Positions 48,072 through 58,215 of a stretch of DNA of 64,000 nucleotides are shown here, piece after piece. This stretch comes from Treponema sp. GTDB lineage: Bacteria; Spirochaetota; Spirochaetia; Treponematales; Treponemataceae. The notes beneath the pieces were generated by a model. It was given only the letters and a program-made list of their open reading frames with translations. It searched no databases and was not told the DNA's origin. The DNA lies in NCBI GenBank assembly GCA_017616165.1, contig JAFZYR010000027.1, positions 11,520 through 75,519 of the forward strand, given 5' to 3'. A program made the translations under genes and the position numbers. Positions within the stretch are counted from its first letter, which is position 1; each line of letters begins with the position of its first letter.

Positions 48072-48117
48072 ATAGATTGTCGGGTAACCCTTCGACAGGC
48101 TCAGGAACCGTGACAAT
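48072..48117. repeat. Composite repeat: a family B copy nested in a family C hairpin
   Basis: ATAGATTGTCGGGT-AA-[CCCTTCGACAGGCTCAGGAACC]-GTGACAAT. Confidence 0.8.
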
Positions 48118-48153
48118 AAAAAAAAAGGCGGGTGCCGTATGACACTCGCCTTT
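48118..48153 (-). terminator. Rho-independent terminator after the sugar ABC cluster
   Basis: Minus strand AAAGGCGAGTG-loop-CACCCGCCTTTTTTTTT. Confidence 0.8.
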
Positions 48154-48176
48154 ATAACGCTATGCGCCTTTACACA

Positions 48177-49553
48177 TTATTTGTAAAGGTCATCGATAGC
48201 AGCCTGGAGAACAGGTCTGTTAGATTCATATGTTGAAGCTACATCTGCACCTGCACATACAGACCATGCGATTGGAGCATAGTTGAAGTTAGGAATGAGC
48301 CATGAATCATATGGAACTGAGTTATCCATCATGTGCTGCATTGTTTCATCAACAGCGCGTGTATCGCGGAATGAAGCGTAGTAGTATTCCTTCCAAGAAT
48401 CTGCATCATCATAACCTGGTACTGTGTCTGACCAAAGGTCATAAATCTTCATAATCTTGTTAGCTTTTTCCTGTCCATAAATAGAAGGAATGATAAGCAT
48501 GTTGTCCTGGTTCAAAGTAAAGTACTTTCCGTCTCCGTGTGGTCCGAGTGGGAAACAAACCATACCCCAGTCATCCTTCATGTCTGCGAGCATACCGTTG
48601 CCCTGAGCATCGTATTCCTGGTTGTTGTAGAATGCTGTAAAGCCGTTCTTGAAGTCTGCCATGAAGTAATCCCAGTTAGCACCTTCTTCAGCTGGCTTGT
48701 TGTACTTAACGAACATATCGCGAGTCCATTCCCATGCTTCCATAGTGTTGTCGCTTTCGTTAAGAATAATCTTTCCGCTTGCATCCTTTGTTGTTTCTGA
48801 TCCACCGTTAGAGAAGATAGCAGCAATAGCAAACTGATAGTGATATCCAGACATAGCATACTGATCGATGATACCATCGTTATCTGTATCCTTTGTCAAA
48901 GCAGCACACATCTTGTCGAATGCATCCCATGTCCATTCACCCTTAGCCTGAAGATTATATGGCTCGTCAGGATCAAAACCATTCTCTTTAAGAATGCGCT
49001 TGTTGAAGAACATACACTGACGTGGTTCTGGATTTCCTACGTTGAATGTATAGCCTGGAATAGCGCTACATGGAGCCTTGTTCCATTTTGCCTTTGTCCA
49101 GTCAACATCAGCCTTAGAAACATCTGCCCAAAGACCATTTACATAGCCAGACATAGCAGAACGTCCATCAACAATGAATACATAAGCTTCATCACCACCG
49201 GTAATACAGTAGTTATTAACTTCTGCCGGCCAATCACCCCAGCCTACCTGCCAGTTAGCTTCATTACACTTGAAGTTATAAGTTTTTTCAAGGTATTCGC
49301 GGTAAGCAGCCTGATCTTCCTGAGCCTTGTTTGCAGGAGGAGCATCATTGTACCACCAGTTCAAAACTTTAACTTCCATTCCACCGAAGTCATAAGCTTT
49401 TTTTGTTGCAGGGTCTTTTTCAACCTTGAGCTTTGAATAATCACCGTTTGCAGCAGCTTCGAGAGCCTTCTGCGATGATCCGCCTTTTTTGTTACAGCCA
49501 GCAAGTGCAAGTACGAGCACAGCTGATAATGCAACGAGCATAATTTTTTTCAT
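48177..49553 (-). CDS. Sugar ABC transporter substrate-binding lipoprotein
   Basis: Lipobox LAGC; FFNKRIL, GEWTWDAF, DWGMVCFP. Confidence 0.88.
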   Translation of the reverse strand: MKKIMLVALSAVLVLALAGCNKKGGSSQKALEAAANGDYSKLKVEKDPATKKAYDFGGMEVKVLNWWYNDAPPANKAQEDQAAYREYLEKTYNFKCNEANWQVGWGDWPAEVNNYCITGGDEAYVFIVDGRSAMSGYVNGLWADVSKADVDWTKAKWNKAPCSAIPGYTFNVGNPEPRQCMFFNKRILKENGFDPDEPYNLQAKGEWTWDAFDKMCAALTKDTDNDGIIDQYAMSGYHYQFAIAAIFSNGGSETTKDASGKIILNESDNTMEAWEWTRDMFVKYNKPAEEGANWDYFMADFKNGFTAFYNNQEYDAQGNGMLADMKDDWGMVCFPLGPHGDGKYFTLNQDNMLIIPSIYGQEKANKIMKIYDLWSDTVPGYDDADSWKEYYYASFRDTRAVDETMQHMMDNSVPYDSWLIPNFNYAPIAWSVCAGADVASTYESNRPVLQAAIDDLYK

Positions 49554-49621
49554 AAAAAAACTCCTTTTGTTTTTATATCTACTAGTATACCACTAGTTAT
49601 TGCATTTGTAAAATAATTTTC

Positions 49622-50614
49622 CTACATCTTAACGCCGGTGCTGGCAAGACTTTCTACAAACATTCTCTGGCAGAATATGTAAAGAATGATTACAGGGAAA
49701 ATTGCAAGCAATGTTGCAGTAGAAAGAATTGCATTTGAATAGCCTACAGATACAAGTGTTGAACCTCCGTAAAGCTTTGTCAGATATGCACCAAGCTTTT
49801 CTACTACGTTTGAAAGGCTTACAGATAAAAGCTGGATTTTACCCAGGAACAGGCTTGAATAAAAACCGTCTGTCCACTGCCATACAAACGAGAACAGAAA
49901 GCAGGAGGTAATAATAGGCTTTGCTCCAGGAACCATAATTCTTACAAAGGTTTTAAGAGGGCCACAGCCGTCTACATAGGCAGCTTCCTCAAGTTCAAAC
50001 GGAAAGCCCATAAAGAACTGGCGTATCATATAAATGTAAAGACCGTTTTTAAGTCCCTGACAGGTAAAGCACATCATAAGATACGGAATCATATTACCGC
50101 GAAGGTTTACCGTCTTACCGAACAGATTAAAATATCTGAAGTGCAAAAACAGCGAGGTAGAAATAGTCTGAGGCGGAATAACAATTACAAGGATAACGCA
50201 GAAGAACCAGAAGCGCTTGAGCGGAAAATTAAACCTTGAAAAGCCATAGCCTACAATACTGCACATTGTTACTTCTATAAGACTTACCAGCAGCGAAACC
50301 CAGATTGTATTAAACAGGGTTGTCTTATAATTCATAAGCAGGTTTACAAGCTTCCAGTTGGCAAGTGTAAAATGCTTAGGAACCATAACGATTGTTGTAT
50401 CATACAGATCGGCTTCAGACATTATACTTACCGAAATTTTATTCAGGATTGGCTGAATAATCATAAAGCACATTCCAAAAAGCAGGATTGCCCTGAAAAT
50501 TGAGATGGCATATTTTTTAATGGTTTCTTTAAGGAGAATACCATCTGAAGCTTCGTTTCTTTCCCAGAAGCTTGCGTGATTCGGATCCGTGTTTATCTTA
50601 TTTTTCTTAGTCAT
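49622..50614 (-). CDS. Carbohydrate ABC permease (MalG-like)
   Basis: ELEEAAYVDGC EAA loop, FVWQW. Confidence 0.92.
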   Translation of the reverse strand: MTKKNKINTDPNHASFWERNEASDGILLKETIKKYAISIFRAILLFGMCFMIIQPILNKISVSIMSEADLYDTTIVMVPKHFTLANWKLVNLLMNYKTTLFNTIWVSLLVSLIEVTMCSIVGYGFSRFNFPLKRFWFFCVILVIVIPPQTISTSLFLHFRYFNLFGKTVNLRGNMIPYLMMCFTCQGLKNGLYIYMIRQFFMGFPFELEEAAYVDGCGPLKTFVRIMVPGAKPIITSCFLFSFVWQWTDGFYSSLFLGKIQLLSVSLSNVVEKLGAYLTKLYGGSTLVSVGYSNAILSTATLLAIFPVIILYIFCQRMFVESLASTGVKM

Positions 50615-51518
50615 ATTTATATACCACCTTTGAAATGAGAGCTGAAGAAATGCCTATCAACAACATACAGACAACAAAGTAAGACCAGGCCATTGCCGAA
50701 CTGAAGCCGTATTCAAGCGAATACATAGTCTGGCTTATCTTTGACATTATCTCGTTATCGGTCTTCATAAAGAAGTCTACTATTGTATAAACCCAGCAAA
50801 CCGGCAGCAGAGGACTAATCATAGGAATTGTGATTTTACACATGCTTTCCCAGGCAGTACAGCCTTCCATCTGGGCAGCTTCGTACATACTAGGAGAAAT
50901 ATTCTGCAGACCAGAAAGGAATATGATAATCTGAATACCAGATGCCATTGCAATATCATAAATAGAGTCTATGATTTCGAATACAGTCTGGAAGGTTTTG
51001 CTGCTTATGCCGCTAAAGCCTGTTGCAGAGTTTACAAGAATATCCTCCAGAACCCCGGTAATTGAGTTGGCATTACCCTGCTCTTCTATCATATCCTTGA
51101 GCTGGGACATGAGTGCGTTATTGTTTTCAATACCTACAAGTACTCCCGAAGAAAGAATAACTGCAAGGAAGAAGATAGAACGTGCAAGAGTTCTTCCCTT
51201 AAAGTTCTGGTTGAGCAAAAGAGCAACAAAGAAGCTGAATACAACTGTTGCAATTGAACGTATAACCATGCTTCCGATTCCGGTAAGCAGCATCTGCTTA
51301 AAGTCGGCATCAACAAGGAAGGCACGCTTAAAATTGGCAAAATGATTCAGAGAAAGACTAAAGCCCTCCGTTGAAATTGTAACCTCGGACATAGACATCA
51401 TAAATGACTGGTACAGAGGCTTTACCATAAAGAATATAAATCCGATTATAAACGGTAGGATAAAAAGATAACCGTAAACGGCTCTTTTTCCCATTAATCC
51501 TATCTTTCTTTTTTTCAT
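50607..51518 (-). CDS. Carbohydrate ABC permease (MalF-like)
   Basis: GLQNISPSMYEAAQMEG, YGFSSAMAW. Confidence 0.92.
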   Translation of the reverse strand: MKKRKIGLMGKRAVYGYLFILPFIIGFIFFMVKPLYQSFMMSMSEVTISTEGFSLSLNHFANFKRAFLVDADFKQMLLTGIGSMVIRSIATVVFSFFVALLLNQNFKGRTLARSIFFLAVILSSGVLVGIENNNALMSQLKDMIEEQGNANSITGVLEDILVNSATGFSGISSKTFQTVFEIIDSIYDIAMASGIQIIIFLSGLQNISPSMYEAAQMEGCTAWESMCKITIPMISPLLPVCWVYTIVDFFMKTDNEIMSKISQTMYSLEYGFSSAMAWSYFVVCMLLIGISSALISKVVYKYD

Positions 51519-51519
51519 A

Positions 51520-54183
51520 CTAGTTCTCCACCTTCAAAAGTTTGTAATCCCTTTCAGGAATTGTGTTTCCCGAAGGCGTAATATAAGGCTCGTAGCCAAA
51601 GTTTACATAAACTGCATAACCGTTTTCAAATGTAGTTTTTGTAACCTGATTTGTAAGATATTCATAATCTGTAATAAGACTGTTAGCTACAACACCAAGC
51701 TCTTTATTATAGCGCTCGTAGGATTCTTCAAACTGAGCCTTCCAGGAATCGAAACAGCTTGAATAATATTCTGTATAGAAGGTTTCCTGGAGCTTCATTG
51801 GAGAAGCCTGCATGAAGGTATAATAAAGTCCGGCTGCAGTTTCTGCAGATTCAAGAATAATCTGATCCTTTTCGTAACCAAGGTTTACAGGAGAACCGGC
51901 ATAGTTTTTATAACCATGCAGTGCAATCTGATAGAAAGGAACTGTTTCATCAATGATAGCATAGCTGTTTCCATGCAGCTCGATATTAGTAATAAAGTCT
52001 ACATAATCAAGCGCATAGTCGTTTCCGGCATTTATCATTATGCCAAGTCCCTTTTCCTTTGCTTCCTGCATTCCCGCAATCTGAGTATTTTTAGCAGCGG
52101 CTCTTGTTGTAGGGTGTCTTTCATTAAAGTCAGAAGAAAGGATTTTTCCGTTATCCTTATAAGAAACACCGTCAACACCAAGCTTGTCTGCAGCCTTTAC
52201 AAATACAGTATTGTTTTTGCTGCGCAGGCTGTCTTTCAAAAGATAATACCAGTCTCGGTTTTCATCCTTGCCGTACCACAACTCTGAATACTCATAAAGC
52301 TTACAAAGCTCATCACTTACAAAGCGTGCAGCATCGCGGTAGTTAAAGAAGCCCTTGAACAAGCCGGTTCTGTATTCAGTCTGAACAGCACCGTCCAGAT
52401 AAATAACTGCAGAAGTATCGCTTACAGATTTGAGCATTTTCTTAAACTGGCCTTTTCCGCCCAGTCTGCTTATAAAGCGAACTTTATTGAGCATGGTATA
52501 GCGCACACTGTCGTTTATAAAACCAGAAAGCTTGTAGCTGACATTGTTAATGCCCATATCTTCTATCTGATTAATAATTGAGGCAGCTTCTTTATAGGTT
52601 GTAAGAGCATAAGGACGGGTCTTTGGCATACCCATTACCTGCTGCTTCTTTTCTATAGAACCGATGAGCTCTACGGCAAGCGGAACATTTTTGTTTGCGG
52701 TTTTTGTCTGACCTGCAAAAAGATAGTTTCTGTATTCCTTTGCCATATCTACATAAGACGGTGAATCTAAGAATATATAAGACTGAACTATAGATTCGCC
52801 CTTAGGAAGATTTGTTTCATAACTGAACTGAGCATTTGTAGTTCTTGTAGTAACCTCGTACTGCTCACGGTGAAGCATACGGTAATCAAAGCGTGCATAG
52901 TTATAAGAACCAAGCTTTCCTGCAATTTCTGCAGTAATACCTGCGTATTCTGCTCCATCCTTTGCAATGGAAATAAAGCTTGAATCTCCGTTTGAAACAC
53001 CGAATACCGGGAACGAAGCTCTTGTTTCAGAAATTACAGCCTTGCGGTCCGAAGCATAATCCCAGCCATAGCAGTCTGCATAATAACCGTTCTGCTTTGT
53101 TTTTCCGTTATTAAAGTTAATTATACTTCCGCCGCCCTCCGGAACAAGCATATAGCCTGTATCGGTTGGTCCGCCTGCACCAAAATAAGGAAGAGCAGAA
53201 ACAAGAGTAATAGGATACTTAAGTCTGTAAGATATTTCATCAAATGGAATTTCAACAGTAAAGCCGTTTTTGTCCAGCTTATAAATTACGCTTATATTAA
53301 AGGCCGGAACTTCCTTAATATTTTCTTCTTTATAACGCTCGCGGTTTTCAAGGTAATCATCGTAGGTAAAGCCCTGTTTACCAAAGAGCTGTTCCATCTG
53401 TTCCTTTACGTGAGTCTGAATGTTTTCGAAAACAAGATAAAGGTTTTCTTCTTCCATCTTAGGATATTTTGTGAGCATTGTATCAAGGTCATCGCCCTTA
53501 AAGCTGCTCAAATTATATTTATGATAAGCTCGGAGCATGGCATTCTTTTCGCTCTTAGAAAGACCTTCCTGCCATTTATCTATTTCTGACTGATACAGAA
53601 CATAAGGGAATACATACTCCCTGTCCATCTGGCCGACAGTATAATCTACGCGGATTTCGTTGCCTTTTCCGGAAACATTGTAAAAGCTGCGTTCAACACT
53701 ATTTGAATACAAATCGTAGGTATCATCCGTTCCTGTTTCAGTTGAATACTTGATAAGGAAGGTAGACATCATGTTATTCTTTTCCTTTGAAAGGGCAATC
53801 GGGTCGCTCTTAGCTGCAGGAGGATTTGAATACCATACCTTGCCGGTTGATTTTTGAGTTACAGTAAACTGTGTTGTTTTTGGATCCAGCTCAAACTTAA
53901 TTGCGTCATTTTCCATAACATAGCTTTCCGGCTGCTTTGCGGCATTATATTCATAATAGTCAAACTGAGGCTGAACTGCCTTTCCTACCTGAATAAGGCG
54001 GATAACTATAAATGTACAAAAACCGATAAAAGCAAGGGAGATTCCGAATGAAATCCAGAATTTTGGTCCCGGCTTTTTAAACTCAAACTTAGGGCGCATC
54101 GGCTTTGGAGGTCCGATATACCAGTCCGGATATTTTGATTTCTTAGCTTTTTTTGCTTTTTTAGCTTTCTTTTCTTTTTCCAT
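51520..54183 (-). CDS. Membrane-anchored extracellular protein (DUF5696-like)
   Basis: N-terminal TM helix; LPYFGAG, GYMLVPEGGG, PFYQIALHG, TTFENG; start after GAGGAGGG. Confidence 0.7.
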   Translation of the reverse strand: MEKEKKAKKAKKAKKSKYPDWYIGPPKPMRPKFEFKKPGPKFWISFGISLAFIGFCTFIVIRLIQVGKAVQPQFDYYEYNAAKQPESYVMENDAIKFELDPKTTQFTVTQKSTGKVWYSNPPAAKSDPIALSKEKNNMMSTFLIKYSTETGTDDTYDLYSNSVERSFYNVSGKGNEIRVDYTVGQMDREYVFPYVLYQSEIDKWQEGLSKSEKNAMLRAYHKYNLSSFKGDDLDTMLTKYPKMEEENLYLVFENIQTHVKEQMEQLFGKQGFTYDDYLENRERYKEENIKEVPAFNISVIYKLDKNGFTVEIPFDEISYRLKYPITLVSALPYFGAGGPTDTGYMLVPEGGGSIINFNNGKTKQNGYYADCYGWDYASDRKAVISETRASFPVFGVSNGDSSFISIAKDGAEYAGITAEIAGKLGSYNYARFDYRMLHREQYEVTTRTTNAQFSYETNLPKGESIVQSYIFLDSPSYVDMAKEYRNYLFAGQTKTANKNVPLAVELIGSIEKKQQVMGMPKTRPYALTTYKEAASIINQIEDMGINNVSYKLSGFINDSVRYTMLNKVRFISRLGGKGQFKKMLKSVSDTSAVIYLDGAVQTEYRTGLFKGFFNYRDAARFVSDELCKLYEYSELWYGKDENRDWYYLLKDSLRSKNNTVFVKAADKLGVDGVSYKDNGKILSSDFNERHPTTRAAAKNTQIAGMQEAKEKGLGIMINAGNDYALDYVDFITNIELHGNSYAIIDETVPFYQIALHGYKNYAGSPVNLGYEKDQIILESAETAAGLYYTFMQASPMKLQETFYTEYYSSCFDSWKAQFEESYERYNKELGVVANSLITDYEYLTNQVTKTTFENGYAVYVNFGYEPYITPSGNTIPERDYKLLKVEN

Positions 54184-54200
54184 CTTAATCCCCTCCTCCA

Positions 54201-54881
54201 TCAATTCAACCTGAAGATGATTTCGCGTGCGAGTGCAACAAAGAACGAAACACCCTGAGAAATCATACTAAAGAACAGGAGTACGATAAAAATAAATACC
54301 AGCATTCCAAAAACAGTAAAGATTGTAAAAAGCAGGGTTTTGCCAAAGCTGTACTGATGAATCATCATCATAGCCATGAACAGAAGCATTGCGCACCAGA
54401 GAATGGAAATTGTATTAAAGATTGTATAGAATGCAACTTCATCTCGTGTTACAAAATTACTTACAATAATGATTGGAATCTGGATAAGCGGATATGGAGC
54501 CAAGGCATAGCCGGTTCCCATATAAACATCTCCAAGGTGTCCCTTTCCGTCAAACAGGGTTGTAAGTGCCCAGTTACAGACACAGAAAACTGCAAGCGGA
54601 AGAAGGATGGTTGCAAATTCCTTGAAAACGTTTACATTTTCCCAATAAACATTCATAACAATAAAGCTTGTAAATCTTAAACGCCAGATCTGAGTAAAAA
54701 GCGTAAGAATTACAATAAAGTTTGCTGCGGCATAAGAACCACGCTTTGCATGAATTAAATCCCAAAAGCCGTCTGCCGGATGGAATATAACATACAGTGA
54801 ATACTTAAGCGTAGAAAAAAAGCGGACATAAGTTTCTTTAAGCGTTAATTTCTTTAAACGTCGGGTTATAAAATTACTCAT
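54201..54881 (-). CDS. YIP1-family membrane protein
   Basis: HPADGFWDL, NWALTTLFDGKG, multiple TM helices. Confidence 0.75.
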   Translation of the reverse strand: MSNFITRRLKKLTLKETYVRFFSTLKYSLYVIFHPADGFWDLIHAKRGSYAAANFIVILTLFTQIWRLRFTSFIVMNVYWENVNVFKEFATILLPLAVFCVCNWALTTLFDGKGHLGDVYMGTGYALAPYPLIQIPIIIVSNFVTRDEVAFYTIFNTISILWCAMLLFMAMMMIHQYSFGKTLLFTIFTVFGMLVFIFIVLLFFSMISQGVSFFVALAREIIFRLN

Positions 54882-56350
54882 AATGTACTAATCTCCCATC
54901 TTACTCGTTTTACAATTCTTACAATAAGCGGAATAAGAACTGCTGTAACAAGGACAATAACAATCCAGGCAAAATTCTTTTCTACCCATTCCTTGCGGTA
55001 ATATTTAAATGCCTTTGAATAATCGCGGCGGTCTCGCTTGAGCTTAAAGTAATCCATTGCTTCCTTGTATTTTTTCTGGCGCAGATAAGATTTACCAAGA
55101 CCAATATAAGCAAGGTCGTAGTTTCCGTTGTGCTCAAGTACCTTTGCCCAGGTTTCTGCAGAAGCATCATATTCACCTATCTGGAACTCCTCGGTTGCCT
55201 GATAGATAAGATTTCCATAGGTTGTAGGAGTAAAGACTGTAATAGAACAATTGAGAGAATCAAGAACGAACAGGTCTTTACCAATATGCTCGATAGAAGC
55301 AGGCTTACGGAAGAAACCGTCGATATTTCCTCGTCCACCAAAGGCAAAAAGCAGATAGCCCTGGTTATTATATGCAAAGATTCGTCCGCGGGTTTCGTCA
55401 AGACCAATATAAATCTCGTCATCCAGAACAGTAATATCTGCCATCCAGGAAGGTCCCTTTACACCACCGGCATTTCCCCACTGAAGGTCACCGATAGGAT
55501 ACTCATAACCAAGTGTTACAAGGATATCGTTTCCAAGTGCGTTGAGGCGGCGGATTGGAGAAGCCTTACCCGAAAGCAGATCCCATTCTTCGAACGAGTG
55601 TGTAACTGCATAGATAAAGCCTTCGTTGTCAATATAGCAGTTTGAATATTCGGTTGGAACAAAAAGCTGCATACGTGCCTTTTGTGCTTCGGTAGAAAAC
55701 TTTTTCCAGAAGCGCTGTGCAGCACTTACGATAACCTTTGTTGCCCCGTAATAGCCTGCAAAGGTTCCGTCATATTCATATTTCAAAAATCCCTTGTTTA
55801 CATTTTTGGAAAGGATGTAAACGCGGCCCTTATCGTCTGCTACAACCTTTGTAGGATAATAAGATTTTGACGGATCGTAGGTAGGGTCATCAGGCTCGCG
55901 CAAAACCATAATAACATTAAGGTCTGCATCGGTCTTAATTACCCTTCCGTTATCTGTGTCTGCAATATAAATGCAGCCGTCTGTCTTAGAAACAAAGATA
56001 TCCTTTGGAGCGGCAAAATAATTGTCTTCGAGCAGCGGAGAAGGATTAACGTGATCAATTACCTGTAAAAGCTCAAGGGTCTTTTTAGAAGTATATTCCA
56101 GCTTGATAATGCGGTTGTTGTCTGTGTCGACAACATAAAGATAATTATCAATGGCAAACAACGAAGATGGATTTTTAAGTGCCTTATCAAGTCCAAGATC
56201 GGGAGCATAAACCATATGAGAAACACGATATGCATCAGGAGATTTTTCAATATCATCCCAGTAATCGTAGGAATAGGTTTCGCCCTTTGCAAAGAGTCCT
56301 GCACTAAGAGCGAGCAGGCCTGTAATCATAATTAAAAGTCTTTTCTTCAT
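54878..56350 (-). CDS. NHL beta-propeller + TPR protein with a C-terminal membrane anchor
   Basis: LYVVDTDNNRI, IYIADTDNGRV, AYIGLGKSYL TPR, C-terminal TM helix. Confidence 0.8.
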   Translation of the reverse strand: MKKRLLIMITGLLALSAGLFAKGETYSYDYWDDIEKSPDAYRVSHMVYAPDLGLDKALKNPSSLFAIDNYLYVVDTDNNRIIKLEYTSKKTLELLQVIDHVNPSPLLEDNYFAAPKDIFVSKTDGCIYIADTDNGRVIKTDADLNVIMVLREPDDPTYDPSKSYYPTKVVADDKGRVYILSKNVNKGFLKYEYDGTFAGYYGATKVIVSAAQRFWKKFSTEAQKARMQLFVPTEYSNCYIDNEGFIYAVTHSFEEWDLLSGKASPIRRLNALGNDILVTLGYEYPIGDLQWGNAGGVKGPSWMADITVLDDEIYIGLDETRGRIFAYNNQGYLLFAFGGRGNIDGFFRKPASIEHIGKDLFVLDSLNCSITVFTPTTYGNLIYQATEEFQIGEYDASAETWAKVLEHNGNYDLAYIGLGKSYLRQKKYKEAMDYFKLKRDRRDYSKAFKYYRKEWVEKNFAWIVIVLVTAVLIPLIVRIVKRVRWEISTL

Positions 56351-56354
56351 AGTG

Positions 56355-57248
56355 CTAGTCCTTAAGTCCAGAGCTTGCCATTGTTTCCATAATCTGACTC
56401 TGCGAGAAGATAAAGAATACAATAGGCACGAGCATTGTAAATACGATAACAGCGTTCTGCTGTCCCTGACGTGCAATAACGTTTGTACCAAGCTGATTCA
56501 AGGCATAGCTGAGCATTTTCTTGGATTCAGTATAGATTGTGGTTGTCTGAGGGTTATTCCACAAAGACTGAATTGAGAAAATAGAAATTGTAAGCCAGGC
56601 TGGTTTTACGTTAGGCATTACGAGCTTCCAGAAAATTGTAAACTCGCTTGCACCGTCTATTTTTGCAGCTTCAATGAGAGACATTGGGAAGCCGTCCATA
56701 AACTGCTTCATAAGGAAGAGTCCGAGCGAACCTCCAATAGCAGGCAGAACTACAGACCAGTAGGTGTCTACAATATGAAGCTTACACATAATAAGGTAGT
56801 TAGGAATACCGGTTACATAACCTGTGAACATGAGCGCTACTACAGCAACGCGGAAGAAGGCCTGTCCACCAGGGAAGCGGTATTTTGCAAGAACATAGGC
56901 AGCCATAGAGGCTAAGAAAACGTGTCCTGCAGTTCCAACTACAGTTACAAAAAGTGTATTCCAGATATAGCGTGTTAAAGGAACCCAGCCCTGACTCAAG
57001 GTAACAAACAGATCCGAAAAGTTATCAAAGGTCGGTCTGTGTGGGAAAATTGAAGGCGGGAACTTTAAGATTTCATCCAGAGGCTTAAGAGAGTTTGCAA
57101 TAGCAAATATAAGAGGGAAAACCATTATAAATGAACAGATGGCCAGGAAAATATAAACTCCAATATCACCGCCGATAGAACGGTTAGGCTTTCTTCGGAA
57201 CTTATAATGGTGTATAGTCATGTCTTTATACATATTTTTAGTACTCAT
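56355..57248 (-). CDS. Carbohydrate ABC permease (MalG-like)
   Basis: SLIEAAKIDGA, LFLMKQFM. Confidence 0.92.
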   Translation of the reverse strand: MSTKNMYKDMTIHHYKFRRKPNRSIGGDIGVYIFLAICSFIMVFPLIFAIANSLKPLDEILKFPPSIFPHRPTFDNFSDLFVTLSQGWVPLTRYIWNTLFVTVVGTAGHVFLASMAAYVLAKYRFPGGQAFFRVAVVALMFTGYVTGIPNYLIMCKLHIVDTYWSVVLPAIGGSLGLFLMKQFMDGFPMSLIEAAKIDGASEFTIFWKLVMPNVKPAWLTISIFSIQSLWNNPQTTTIYTESKKMLSYALNQLGTNVIARQGQQNAVIVFTMLVPIVFFIFSQSQIMETMASSGLKD

Positions 57249-57260
57249 ATACACCCCCTA

Positions 57261-58202
57261 TTAGTGACCTACTCTACTGAGCAGAGCCTGGATAACCTTA
57301 TTACAAAGAATCATTGTAATAAACAAAACAGTTGCAATTGCAGAAGCATAACCCATTTCAAAGCGGGTAAAGCCGTAGTCAAACAAGTGAGTTACAACTG
57401 TACGCGCACAATAGTCTACAGAAGGATAACCTGCAAGTGCCATCGGAATATCACAAACGCTAAAGGCGGTTGTAATAGACATAACTGCTCCGAACAAAAG
57501 CATAGGCTTCATGTTAGGCAGTGTGATATACCACAGTTCCTGCCAGCGGTTACGGATACCGTCAATATAGCCGGCCTCGTACTGTGCCTTATCAATACCC
57601 TTAAGACCTGCTACAAACGAAAGGAAGCCTGTACCAAGCGAAGTCCAAAGGATGATAGGAATTACAACCTTTAATACATTCATAGGGTTTGTAAGGAACA
57701 AAATTGGTTGCTGTACAACATTCCAGGAAATGAGCTTGGCATTTAACCATCCGCGGGCATCATCAGAGAAGAAGAACTTGAATACGTTAAAGGCCTGTCC
57801 CGAAATACTAGGAACATAGAAGAAGAATACTACCAGTGTTCTAAGCCAGTTTGGAAGCTCGTTGATGAGCCAGGCAAAAATGAACGACATGATATAGCCG
57901 ATTGGTCCTACAATTATGGCAATAATAAATGTATTTTTTACGGCAGTTGTGTATACCTCATCTTCAAGAAACAGATTTATATAGTTTCTTGCACCGACAA
58001 ATTCTGGTTTTTCCAGAATATTATAGTTGGTAAAGCTATAATAAATGGAAGTAAGCATTGGAAGTACATAAAAAGTTATAAAGAGCACGGCATAAGGCAA
58101 AAGGAACAGATAACAGATTCTGTTTCTCCTGGCGTTTCGTACTAAGTCCGATGCCTGCAGCTTTTTATGTGCAATATATTTACTTAATGTTGAATCACTC
58201 AT
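57261..58202 (-). CDS. Carbohydrate ABC permease (MalF-like)
   Basis: AGLKGIDKAQYEAGYIDG, MGYASAIA. Confidence 0.92.
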   Translation of the reverse strand: MSDSTLSKYIAHKKLQASDLVRNARRNRICYLFLLPYAVLFITFYVLPMLTSIYYSFTNYNILEKPEFVGARNYINLFLEDEVYTTAVKNTFIIAIIVGPIGYIMSFIFAWLINELPNWLRTLVVFFFYVPSISGQAFNVFKFFFSDDARGWLNAKLISWNVVQQPILFLTNPMNVLKVVIPIILWTSLGTGFLSFVAGLKGIDKAQYEAGYIDGIRNRWQELWYITLPNMKPMLLFGAVMSITTAFSVCDIPMALAGYPSVDYCARTVVTHLFDYGFTRFEMGYASAIATVLFITMILCNKVIQALLSRVGH

Positions 58203-58215
58203 ATATTACTCCTGA

